DNA of 64,000 nucleotides. Origin: a virus (Duplodnaviria; Caudoviricetes). The translations under genes and the position numbers were made by a program. The stretch's first letter is position 1, and each line of letters begins with the position of its first letter. The notes beneath the pieces were generated by a model, which was not told the DNA's origin, did not search any database, and was given only the letters and a program-made list of their open reading frames with translations. Below are positions 49,540 to 59,932 of this stretch, one piece after another. Location: positions 1 to 64,000 of the IMG/VR virus record IMGVR_UViG_3300032233_002382. One strand, written 5' to 3'.

Positions 49540-49916
49540 TAGTCCACCACCTCAACATTGTGACGGGAAAGGGAAATGGTCATCGGACGGGGCTTGATCT
49601 CAGGAGCGCCCATCCACGGCTCCATCGGGAGAGAAGCAAGACACTTTTCAAGCGTCGGAATGTGGCCTAGATCTTCGATCACATGAGCCTCGAGGATATC
49701 ACGCACCGCAACGGTCTTTCCATCCGAGTTTGTGATATAGACCCCGAACTTATCTTGGCCTTGGTAGATCCCCCAGGCGTTATGGAGAATCATCCGGTGC
49801 CTCATGTCGGGCACCAGCATTTTCGTGTGGTCCATCCACTCATGAAGCGGGATGTAGTCGTCGAGCTTGCCGCCGAACTTACGAACAGAATTCTTGGCGT
49901 GCGTCAAAGGCTTCAT
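49539..49916 (-). CDS. DUF6915-like protein
   Basis: PLTHAKNSVRKFGG..DY..LH.W.D...RHR..LH...G...EAHVIEDLG.IP; motif at 49957. Confidence 0.6.
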   Translation of the reverse strand: MKPLTHAKNSVRKFGGKLDDYIPLHEWMDHTKMLVPDMRHRMILHNAWGIYQGQDKFGVYITNSDGKTVAVRDILEAHVIEDLGHIPTLEKCLASLPMEPWMGAPEIKPRPMTISLSRHNVEVVD

Positions 49917-49966
49917 GCGAACCTCCACCGGAGAAACGAGCGGAGCGACCGACTTCCACATTTACT

Positions 49967-51124
49967 TCAGTGCTCGTATGGGTGTGGAACGACAACAACT
50001 TCTCCATCTTCAGTCTCAACTTCCACCGATCGGTTTTCCAGCACCTTCATCTGCAACTTCGGGCTAGTTCCAGCAAAGGCTAGAATTAGGGCTTCATCTG
50101 GGTGGATGGCTTCGTGGTGACCTTCCCCGCACCACATGAACATCCGGATTGGTGGGAAAATGTCCATGTACTTAAGCTTCGGATGATCGATCTTGATGAC
50201 TAGACAGTCTTCAACCCGAGTCTCACCGACTTCCCAAGCGTATCCGTGAGTTTCAATCATTCCCTTGATGCAGGTGCGAGCCCAGCCAGGAAGAGACTTA
50301 ACGTCTTGCTTCTCGAACTTCATCCCGGAATTGACGAGCTCTTCGAACTTATCTGAAACTCTCGCGATCAGATCGTCGATTTCCTTGTCGGTCATCTTAG
50401 GCTCCCATCACATTCTCTACGCAGAATTCATCAAGTGCTTCCTGGAACACCTGCTGCCATTCTTCTCGAGTCAGCTTCGCTACGTTGCGCTGCCCCATCC
50501 AATGTTTAAGCCGGAGCTTTACTCCATCAGTTACTTGGGTCTTCTGGTATTGCCTCAAATTCGATACTTCAACTTCTTCAAAAGACTGGACCTGACCGCC
50601 AAGCCACCTAATATGGCCTTCGCTATACTTGTCTTTCCACTTCGTCGGATCGCCGTGAGTTAACAGGTGTTTCTCGCAAATCCCGATGATGGCTTCTTGT
50701 CGCCAACGACCGTTTGTCCGAACCTTGAAGAACTTCTTCCCATACTTCGGGCACGTACCGATCTTTTCGTGGTTGTACTTCTCGTTGAAGCTCTTCACGA
50801 GCACCTGACATCTGGTCGACATATTACCTCCTATTCCGAATGAGTCCGTCTAACTTCCTTATCATGACTACAGATCTTCATCAGATTCACATAGTGCAGA
50901 ACGGCTGCCATCGGAGCATGGTGGATTATCGCGACAAAGTACTCGCTCTCTTCTAGCTCGGAGAAATACTCCGCATCTTCATGGCCCGCATTCGGGCCAG
51001 ATATTACAACGAATCGGGCTCGAGGACTAGTCTCTTCGCCCTCGATACCGGTTACTAGACTATAATCATAATCGGTATCGACTATGATCGACCCGACACG
51101 AATCTCATCGGACGAAATAGGCAT
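49967..51124 (-). CDS. Three hypothetical genes (50831..51124, 50397..50822, 49967..50395)
   Basis: Motif at 51168; the first two end VRRTHSE and VENVMGA. Confidence 0.7.
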
Positions 51125-51176
51125 GCGCGGCTCCTCCCGTGGTGGGACGAGCCGCGCTGCCGATTTCCGGATTATT

Positions 51177-51491
51177 TTAATCGTGCCCGTATTCGATCAG
51201 AAAAACGCCTGCCATGGCTACGAACATTCCCACTAAAGACATAGGGGAGATGGATTCACCTTCTTTCCATACGACCCAACCAACCGCCATCAAAATGACT
51301 ACTGTTTCCCAGATAACTAGGGATGACCCAAGGTCATTCCCATCCTTCAGGATCTTCGCCCAAATGAAGGCGTCGATCACGTAAGAAGCAAGACCCCAAG
51401 CAATGTGAGTCTTGCCGAGTGACCAACGCTTTAAAAGGATATCACCAAGGACGTTAAATGCAGCGCCGAGAAAAATCCAAAAGAATTTCAT
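51177..51491 (-). CDS. SMR/DMT-like four-TM membrane protein
   Basis: 104 aa, four hydrophobic segments, GDILLK...GE.IS...LVG. Confidence 0.75.
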   Translation of the reverse strand: MKFFWIFLGAAFNVLGDILLKRWSLGKTHIAWGLASYVIDAFIWAKILKDGNDLGSSLVIWETVVILMAVGWVVWKEGESISPMSLVGMFVAMAGVFLIEYGHD

Positions 51492-51992
51492 TCGCAGGAT
51501 CGAGCAAACGAGACAGCTTCAGACTTAGCCGTCTCGAGGCTATTCGAACTCCCGTTACCGACTAAACAGCCGTTCCCCTGTTCGTCGAACTGCATGACGG
51601 TCCAAAAGTACTTGCCTCGAAAATTGGTAACCGAAACTTTTTTATCGCTAAAAGACGTTTCATAGTTCTCGCGATCATCCTGCGCCCAGTTCATTTCGAC
51701 TCCATCAGGTTTCGTGAATATCCTCTAAGATATCGTCCACAAAAGCTGGGCTCAACGGAATCTCTCCTAAAATCCTCTCGAATTGCTCGGGAGGCGCGCC
51801 AGCTTTCGCTAACGCTACCGCCTGAGCAATGCAAGCGTTCTTCATGTTCTGTGCGGCGAATTTATACGCCTCATCCGAGAGACGCTGATATTCCCGATAG
51901 GCGTTATGTAAATCAGCCTGAAGCTTCTGAATGGTTTGTTCTAACTTCATGGCTCGATTTTTGAGGTCGTTAAATTCGACTGCCGGTTTCAT
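51488..51992 (-). CDS. Two small genes (51705..51992 tagged LEDIHET; 51488..51694)
   Basis: Tight operon spacing. Confidence 0.65.
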
Positions 51993-51998
51993 TGGAAC

Positions 51999-52304
51999 TC
52001 ACCCTACTAAGAAAACTCCGATTATGAGAAACAATATCCCGCACACTTGCTTTATAGTCACCTCAGTACCAGAGATTATTGCTGCCACGTACCAGGATAA
52101 GTTGTAGCTTACATCAAGTACTGCCGAAGTGAGCAATAAACTGGCAAAAGGCCTTCGGAAAGCCTCTGCCCAGACCGCGACCATTCCTACTGAACCTATG
52201 AGAGTAAACCACCAAGGCAAACTGCCGGATCGGATGTGGTGAGCAACCGATCCGGCAGTCAGACCAAGGCATATCGTGATGAAGATGATTATCTGGAATC
52301 GCAT
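51999..52304 (-). CDS. SMR/DMT-like four-TM membrane protein
   Basis: 101 aa, four hydrophobic segments, ...QVCGILFLIIGVFLV. Confidence 0.7.
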   Translation of the reverse strand: MRFQIIIFITICLGLTAGSVAHHIRSGSLPWWFTLIGSVGMVAVWAEAFRRPFASLLLTSAVLDVSYNLSWYVAAIISGTEVTIKQVCGILFLIIGVFLVG

Positions 52305-52326
52305 CCAGACACTTTACGTGCCCGGT

Positions 52327-53487
52327 TTATTCGTAGTTGCGGGCCGCAATGAAAATCGGGAACCTCGGAACCTGATCCTTGGACAGCTCGAAGTATCGGA
52401 AGGTGACCTGGGTGCCGACCGGAGGTGGATTTCGTCGGATTGCGTCTGAGATCCCACTACCGATGTTGAACTGAACGCCGTTCGGGAGCTGGCAGATGAG
52501 TCCGCCGGTCATCCCCTTGAGGCGGCCCTTCCCTGGCATGTGTCCAATGACCTCGGCCTCGGCGTCGAAGAATGTCTTGACTTTCAGAAGCGAGTGACTG
52601 CGCTGCGCCTCGTACTTGGAGCCAGGCTCCCGAAGCATCAGACCCTCGCCTCCGAGCGCCTCAATCCGCTTCAGCTCGCTCTTGAGGTGTGCGAAGCCCT
52701 TACAGACCTCCTGATCCAGCATCAGAGCGTACGGAGCGTTCCGAATCAGCTCCTTGGCCTTCGCGATTCGTTCCTCGAACCCTCCAGGAACACTCGGAGC
52801 GTCGAAGACCTCATATTTGACCTGCTTCCATGCGTCGCCGGAGTTCAGGGTCTTCACAACCGAGATCGTTTCAGCGAACTTCCCACGACCGATAATCAGC
52901 TCTCCATCCAGAGGACAGTCGGGTAGACCTGCCTTAAACCACTCAGGGGCCGTGTAGATGTTCCCGTTGCGGGAGAGGAAATCCTTGCCGTCCCAATAGG
53001 CCCGAACCCCATCCCGCTTCTCGCTCAGCCACCATCCGGTCGGGTCCTGCTCGCCGTCCCATGAGTGTGCAAGGAGGACGGGAGGGCCGTAGAGGTCGGC
53101 CTTCTCATCCTGACGGAGCTTCCGCCCCTCCTTCGCGGCCCGCTCGAGCACCTCGCGAGCACGTTCGGGCGTGCAGGTGAACTTCTTGTCCGGTTCCGGA
53201 TTGACCGGATAGCCGTCCGAAGACACGGAGACGGCCTCCGGAGCCTTCTGGGAGACCGGAATGGCCTGAACCACCACCCCTCCCATATTGCGCGCAAGAC
53301 GGGCGGCCTCGTTTGCCTCGCCATGGACCTTCTTGGTGTGCTTACAGGTCTTCAGATCGACCTTCCCACCCGAATTGCGCCAGGCAGGGCAATCGCAAGA
53401 CCAGATTCGGTCGTCGTGATTCTTGACCACGTACGGATTCTTGCCCGATCCCTGAACTGTCGTGGACTCACCGGCTGCAAGCGACAT
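52327..53487 (-). CDS. lig: ATP-dependent DNA ligase with N-terminal SWIM zinc finger
   Basis: SCDCPAW...CKH; motif I SEKRDG; LDGEL; EGLMLR; LLKVK; RFP; motif at 53546. Confidence 0.93.
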   Translation of the reverse strand: MSLAAGESTTVQGSGKNPYVVKNHDDRIWSCDCPAWRNSGGKVDLKTCKHTKKVHGEANEAARLARNMGGVVVQAIPVSQKAPEAVSVSSDGYPVNPEPDKKFTCTPERAREVLERAAKEGRKLRQDEKADLYGPPVLLAHSWDGEQDPTGWWLSEKRDGVRAYWDGKDFLSRNGNIYTAPEWFKAGLPDCPLDGELIIGRGKFAETISVVKTLNSGDAWKQVKYEVFDAPSVPGGFEERIAKAKELIRNAPYALMLDQEVCKGFAHLKSELKRIEALGGEGLMLREPGSKYEAQRSHSLLKVKTFFDAEAEVIGHMPGKGRLKGMTGGLICQLPNGVQFNIGSGISDAIRRNPPPVGTQVTFRYFELSKDQVPRFPIFIAARNYE

Positions 53488-53555
53488 GATTCCTCCATAG
53501 GCGGACGCCCCGCCCACCAGCAGAACGGGCGGAGCGTCGGATTTCCAGATTCGAC

Positions 53556-55522
53556 TCACGAGTTGTGGATCTTATCGATAAACGTCTGTTCTCTTTCCCA
53601 CATCTTGATACAGATTCGATTGCAAAATGTCGTGAAACCGCAATGCTCAGTGCAATGACCCGCTACACACCGTTTATCCTTGAACGATCGGCAATTCTCC
53701 CTCGAGCAATAGTATTTCATCTTCCTAGATTCGGAATGGTAACAAGCCCCGAAACCTGCAATGAACGCAGTGATTGCAGCGAGGATTCCAATAGCAATCG
53801 CTTGACCTACCATCATTGCTTCATAACCCAAAGAACCGGTTCATCTCGAGCGAAATCCCAATAAACCTTCCCATCCTTTGTCGACCCTGTAACCTTCACA
53901 ATCTTAGACCAGATCGGGCGTCCGCCGGTCGAATTCCGATTCGGTAGAATCGTCACAATTTTCGTGTCACCGGACGACGTGCTCAGGTACCCGGAAGCCG
54001 TATCCCCGTGCTCATACCAGACCTTCACGCGTGTGCGGTATGAACGACCCGGATGTTTAATGAGATCGAGCATTACCTTGCAAAGGGACTCCGGCCATTC
54101 ATTGCGGAAAGTGATCCCATCGATGATCATGTGTTCATGACTTTCTCCAAGACATCTTTGACTTGATCCCAAAACACCATCTTCCGAACGGTCAACCGAA
54201 TGACGTCCGGGCGAAGCCATTTCCAGGTTTTAGCCTTCTGAGTCTTAGTGATAGCGGGAAGAGTAAGTTCGTTTTTCGATTTTGGGCAGAGGTAACCGGA
54301 TTCGTGAGTCCCGTCCGAATAATGAACAGTGACCCAAATCGGAAGGTTCTCGGTCTGCTGAATTACGAAGAAGGAGACACGCTCCTTCAGCTCGTCTGGC
54401 CACTCATCAAAGAATGAGAGGTCAGACGCTTTCACAATGTTTACTCAACCTGTTAGCCAGGTTCTGAATAGCTTCCTGTGGAGTCTTACCGGTTGTCTGA
54501 ATTCCGACACACGCCGCAACCCACCCGTCCGGCGTCCTTGCAACCACGACCGGTCCAGTCCGGTCGAGCCTAATATCATCCAAGTCAACATTCATCTCAG
54601 GACTCCTCATAAGCTTTCAGCGCGGCCAGATATGGCTCCGATTTTTTAATGGCGTCTTCGATGAACGCTAAATACCTACCAGGTGGGGTTAGAACTCGAC
54701 CACTATCGTCTTGAGCTAGAATGTCCCTCTCTGGCTCATTGATACCTACGACGGCGTTTGCGGTGAACTGAATGCCATCCATCACTCCCTTCACAGTGAA
54801 GGAAGGAGTATCGATCGGGTCCAGTGTCTTGATGAACTCGGGCGATTTCAGATCAGCATCGGTCAGTGCGTAGTCATCCTTGAAGTTACGTTCGATGGTA
54901 CTGATGCTTAGTCTCATTTAGTGCTCCTTGATTCGCTTGCCATCACCGATCCAAAACATCCCAACCCCGTTCGAGCGGTCGAGCCACTCGTCCAGATTGG
55001 CGTGAAGGAAAGCACGCCATTCGGTATCGGTCATGCCCTTCGAATCATGCTGAGGTGGGCAGATGTCCGAATGGACGCTCTCCCCGTCCTCGTTGAGATA
55101 CTCGATTTCTGCGTGAACTTCGGCCATGTGTGCAACCTCCACCCAACGAACGAGCGGAGCGACCGATTTCCGGATTTGACTTAAGCTTCCATGACTTTCT
55201 TGACTTTCTTTAAACTTGGGCAGTCATCAATGATCTTTGATATCTGTTCGGTCGGATCTTGAGTATAGAAATAATAGTGGGCAAGAGACCCTATCATAAA
55301 TATCACTTCATAAAGCGATTTCTGACTGCCTAATATGTACCCGCGAATGAATCCCAGTCTTGTGGCTCTAGAAATATCGCCGCTACCGGCATCGGATAAC
55401 ACGTATCCTGGGACAGCTTCTATAGCTTCTTCAAAAGTCTCGCCGAGTCCGACGCCGATATCCTTAGCCAACAAGCGCTCGTACTGGTTTATACCGTGAA
55501 GGAAGACCCTTATCTGCGGCAT
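53556..55522 (-). CDS. Run of small genes: 55181..55522, 54918..55127, 54597..54917, 54422..54610, 54127..54435, 53813..54220, 53556..53831
   Basis: Motifs at 55564 and 55171; four end in the tag; 54127 and 53813 share W..L...V.V.Y..G....GYL. Confidence 0.7.
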
Positions 55523-55621
55523 CAAACACCTCCACAGACCGAACGAGCGGAGCGGTCGACTTCCAGATTTGACTCAAATAAGCTGATGGCCCGTCACCTA
55601 ATCCGGTGACGGGCCATCAAT

Positions 55622-55698
55622 TGGTAGGTCCCCGGTGACTTGAACACCGAACCCCCTGATTATGAGTCAGGCGCTCTAACCTGTTGAGCTAGGGACCC
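55622..55698 (-). tRNA. tRNA with CAT anticodon, probably Ile2 (lysidine type)
   Basis: GGGTCCC TA GCTC...CCTGA CTCATAA TCAGG...TTCAAGT...GGGACCT A CCA; TilS encoded in the window. Confidence 0.85.
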
Positions 55699-55740
55699 AA
55701 ACTTCTACTTGTCGAACTTTACATCTGAGGAATTTCCGTT

Positions 55741-56079
55741 CTACTCATCATCCTCTTCATACTCGTCGTCTTCATCCTCTTCTTCTTCGATCAAGTCGTC
55801 TTCCGTATAACTATCGGCGAAACATTCATCACAAATCCGTCCATCCTCGACGACTTTTGCCTTCTTCGCCTTCGCTAATCCCTTGAATGCCTTGTCGCAG
55901 ATGGCGCAGTGCGAGCAAGTCTCACAGAGCTTCTTCCCGATTGACGCTTCAGCATCACAGAGCGCACACTCTTCAGGTGCTATCGACTCGTCGTCTGTAT
56001 CGCTTCCTTCATCTTCATCTTCAAGACTCTCAAGTTCTTCGTCTCGGTCGATCTCTTCGGTTTCGCGCTTACGACCCAT
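55741..56079 (-). CDS. Highly acidic protein with two CxxC-CxxC units
   Basis: D/E-rich; CALC, CETC, CAIC, CDEC. Confidence 0.75.
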   Translation of the reverse strand: MGRKRETEEIDRDEELESLEDEDEGSDTDDESIAPEECALCDAEASIGKKLCETCSHCAICDKAFKGLAKAKKAKVVEDGRICDECFADSYTEDDLIEEEEDEDDEYEEDDE

Positions 56080-56083
56080 ATGG

Positions 56084-56296
56084 TCACCTCGTTTGGACGT
56101 CCCGAGCCATAGAAATCGGAAAATAAGTGTTGATCAAAAGACCCTTATCTTCTCGGCTCAACGTTACCGTCATCAGATCCGGATCGTAAGTCACCAAGTG
56201 ACCAAAGGCACGGCGACCATCAGACAGCTGGACGTCCACGTTTTTACCCACGAGCTTCGCAAGACCTTGAGGAGTCTGCCATTCACCGTTCTGCAT
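56084..56296 (-). CDS. Sm/LSm-like (Hfq-fold) protein
   Basis: LAKLVGKNVDVQLSDGRRAFGHLVTYDPDLMTVTL matches the Sm1 pattern. Confidence 0.65.
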   Translation of the reverse strand: MQNGEWQTPQGLAKLVGKNVDVQLSDGRRAFGHLVTYDPDLMTVTLSREDKGLLINTYFPISMARDVQTR

Positions 56297-56340
56297 TTAA
56301 ATCCCCTTTAGGGGTTAGAAGTGAGTCATGCTCGTTTAAA

Positions 56341-58706
56341 TCACGAGCCATTGATTTTACTTACAATGATCTCTTCGCAGGTTCCCGTATGTCTTAAATC
56401 GCCTTTTACGATACGATCAGGTTCTGGCGTAGATCCATCATGAACAACTTCGGTAACTCCGCAGTTCAGGCATTTCCACAAGTTATAACGAGGCGGGGGT
56501 CTTTTGGTTCGGTTCACCCAATCATGAGGCATGAACTTGCTCCGCCTGCTTCTCCTCGCAGGTAAGCCACTTACCCCCATTACCCTGAACCAGCATCCCT
56601 GAATGCGGGCTCTGGTCCAGGTTAATCATCATCGTAGAACCACAATTGCGGCAATGGTACCGCTCCCAGTAATTGTCAGGGGAACTGTCCGTAATCGACC
56701 ATCGATGACCCATGTGAGCCTCCACGGACCGGACGAGCGGAGCGGACGACTTCCAGATTAGCTTCGATGAACACTCTCGGCTTGTTTCTCTTCGCAAGTC
56801 ATCGGCGGTCCGTTATGATAACTAGACACGAGCTCTTCCCCGTCAGGAGGTTCATGAATCTTATAGATTACTGATCCGCATGAAAGGCATTTATATCTGT
56901 AGTGTTCTTGGCTTGTTCGGCCTTGTCCTTCCCACTTCCATTTATGAGACATTCACGACTCCATCACGTTCTTCGCAACCGCCTCACTACAGGACATGTG
57001 AATTTTCTGAAATGGTATGTTCCCGTACCAGAATTTGTAATGAGGACTGGGCTTCTTTCTTTGATGCCATTCGTGATCACAATTCGTACATTTCCAATAC
57101 GAGCAAGCATTCGTCTCTATCCACACCCAACTATGCATCTTGGATGTTCTCCACCATTTTCTCTTTACAATTGAGCAGCTTTTTCCGGTCTTTCGATAAG
57201 GAGAGTCCTGTGGGCTTGGGCGGTGTAGGATCCATGTAGCTAGAAGCGCGAGAATCACAACGGGAGCAAATCCAGAAATGAGTTACCCTATCGTCCTCGG
57301 TAGGGCCCTCAAACCCTCGATAAACCCAGTCATGATTCGTGGACATCAGCGGCTTGAGCCTCCATACACGTCATGAACGTGGCGACGCGTACATGGTCTC
57401 TATATATCTCCGCACTCATAGGACTTGGAATGCCTTCCCGACATCGAGTGAGGCTATGACAGTTCTGACACTCCCACCATCCGGACTTCGCACCGGACTT
57501 AATGCTTGGATCAGTATAGCGCTTCCAGTTATGATTCATGTACTGACCTCACGGTCATTAGTTCTTGGATTTCTTCACATGAAACATCTTTAGCATCTCT
57601 AAAACTAAGCTTAAAATCTTCGCTAGGTTTCCCAGATTGCGTCCACTGGGAACCGCAGTTATTACAACGCCACAGGGTGTCCCACCCGCTATTCGTAAAA
57701 TTCAAGATCTTAGTGACTGGTAACCAGTTATGATTCATGGATCAGCCTAGCCTGAAGTTCTTCACAAGTCAATTGGCCGAGTCTGATACCAACTGAGACC
57801 AAGAGTACTGAATCGGGCGGTTCATCATCCATCTCCCCAATCCCCCATTCAAGGCACTTCTGACACCGGAATTCGAACTGTCCGAACTTATTCCGACCAT
57901 CATATTTCCACTCATGAGGCATGAAGGTTCCTGACCTGAATTTCTTCACATGTCATTTTGACGGTCTTGGTCGGGATCTTCATCTCTGGATCAGGGTCCG
58001 GTGCACTTTGATGGGTTCTGGTATAGCAACCGCATTTTTCGCAATGGAATGTAACCGTGGTCGAATGAGAGGGCCACTCGTGACACTGCCAATCATGAGG
58101 CATGTACTTCTCTCACAATATTGAGTTCCGACATTTCATTACACTGAAGGAACGCACCCGTCTGATAATCGAACACTTTCTCAGTCGGATCAGGCTTGCT
58201 AGCGTGGAACGACCAGTGATCGCACTTCTTGCACCACCAGTAACCGCCAAGTTCAATATATCTATGACGATTGGACCGATTCGGCGAGAAGAAGGTTCGA
58301 AACCAGTTCAACCATCCGTTTAGCTGAAGCTTCATCTCGGGTGTTACCTTCTATGAAGTGGCCATAACCTTGTAACGCATACTTCCAGATGGAATCCTTG
58401 CTCCAGACCGAGGCATTGCAACCATCATCACTTACATAGAAGAATCTACCAGAACCAGGATCATATTGCCATCTAGGATTCTTGAACATGATACACTTTC
58501 ATGAGATGGCAGTCATGGAAATCCAGTGTGAATCGGTTCGGATGCTCCAGTCGACAAGGCTGAAAGTATTTTACCCCATTATCCTCGGCCTGCTCGAACA
58601 AAACAGGTCGGCCGGGCGTCGGATAGACGTCCCCGACCCAGTAAGTTGCACAACTCCGACACATCCACACTCGATTCAGATTGGTTTTGATCCAGGTGTG
58701 CCTCAT
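56341..58706 (-). CDS. HxW-CxxC-C Zn-finger microprotein array, cluster 2 (11 members plus tagged 58262..58489)
   Basis: 56341..56532, 56522..56713, 56758..56952, 56953..57138, 57131..57346, 57330..57539, 57529..57738, 57728..57922, 57912..58103, 58093..58335, 58473..58706. Confidence 0.8.
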
Positions 58707-59185
58707 TAGACTCCCCCATACTTCTTCTCCATCTGGTCTAGCCACTTAAATAACGCGTCGTTTGGCTTACTGTAAGCGTAATAGTCCGTTTCGTGTTCAG
58801 GTGAACTCGGACTCGCGTGCTTCCACCGGCCAGGGAACTTGATGACCTCACCGTCATCATAAGTCTTCTCGTGTGGTTCCAAGATATATTCGACGGGCTC
58901 ATTGCAGACCGAGCACCAGGAGCCAATTAAATTCGACACATTCTCGATTTCCGAGGGAAGAATCTCGTTAAGCTCTTCAAGAGGCTGGACGGTTCCGAAT
59001 GGCGGACCGTTATCATAATGATATTCCTGAAAGACGAAGTGGCGACCGAATTTCTCTCGAATTCCATTGAATCCGTTTTCAGCTTTATTAAAGACACCGA
59101 ACTTTAAGTTCCTTGACGCGATGCGATATAAGACTCGATCCTTACAATCTTCTCGCTTGATGTATCCAGGCATGGTCCTACTCAT
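58706..59185 (-). CDS. Hypothetical protein
   Basis: 159 aa, WCSVC. Confidence 0.7.
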   Translation of the reverse strand: MSRTMPGYIKREDCKDRVLYRIASRNLKFGVFNKAENGFNGIREKFGRHFVFQEYHYDNGPPFGTVQPLEELNEILPSEIENVSNLIGSWCSVCNEPVEYILEPHEKTYDDGEVIKFPGRWKHASPSSPEHETDYYAYSKPNDALFKWLDQMEKKYGGV

Positions 59186-59683
59186 TCTGAAGATTTCGGA
59201 CCATCATCTGGTCACAGTCGTGGAAATTAGTAAACTGAATCTTAGCGGAACTTAATGGTCTGCAGCAATAATAAATGTCCATCCCATCCATCTCTTTTAT
59301 GCCTAGTCCAATTGTCATAGTTCGGTTCGGAAGGCGGTTACCAAGCCACTTCGTCTTACACTGGTTACAAATCCATGTCGAATGATATGCACTAAGTTCT
59401 TCCCATTTATGAGCTCGCATGCTCAAGCCTGATTAACATGCAAAGTCGCCATGAAACCGCAGTCGCGGAATTCACTTACATCGAACTGGTGTGGAACATG
59501 CATCCCAACTTCGTAGTAGGAAACGCCCCCAGTCTGAGAGACTGTTCCCTGCACATTCTTCACCGTGGTCGGGTAGCTCGATCCACGATACCTGGTTCCG
59601 CAATCCGAGCAAATGAACACACGAGAATGGATGCTGCCCTGTGATAAGTCGGGACCAGATTTCTTCCATCGGTGTTTCTTCAT
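59178..59683 (-). CDS. Two more Zn-finger family members (59423..59683, 59178..59426)
   Basis: HRW/HKW...CxxC...DC + tag; motif at 59745. Confidence 0.75.
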
Positions 59684-59758
59684 TATTCACCAACACGCCA
59701 GCGCGGCGGCCCCCATGATAGGAACGCGCCGCGCCGCTGATTTCCGTGTATGATTTAG

Positions 59759-59932
59759 CTATTCCGCCTGAGACGGTTTCTCAGGCCTCACCATACAAAA
59801 GCGGCAATTAGGATCTCTACACTGGGCCTCTAGCCACTTGTCGCACGGGACGCAATAGTATGCGTCATGTCGATCGTTCCGGATGACTTTGGGTTTTGCG
59901 CAACCGCATTCAGGATAGAATTTAGGCATCAT
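59759..59932 (-). CDS. Cys-rich 57-aa protein (not in ORF track)
   Basis: ...DAYYCVPCDKWLEAQCRDPNCRFCMVRPEKPS. Confidence 0.7.
   Translation of the reverse strand: MMPKFYPECGCAKPKVIRNDRHDAYYCVPCDKWLEAQCRDPNCRFCMVRPEKPSQAE

Noticed and set aside
49539-49916. DatZ-like HD phosphohydrolase
   Set aside because: His-rich, but the pattern fits a DUF6915-like family, not the HD motif of DatZ.
35960-53658. Shadow ORFs 35960..36556(-), 37400..38017(-), 44982..45773(+), 53065..53658(+)
   Set aside because: They are antisense to genes with clear motifs or RBS (family A, 37493, tilS, ligase).
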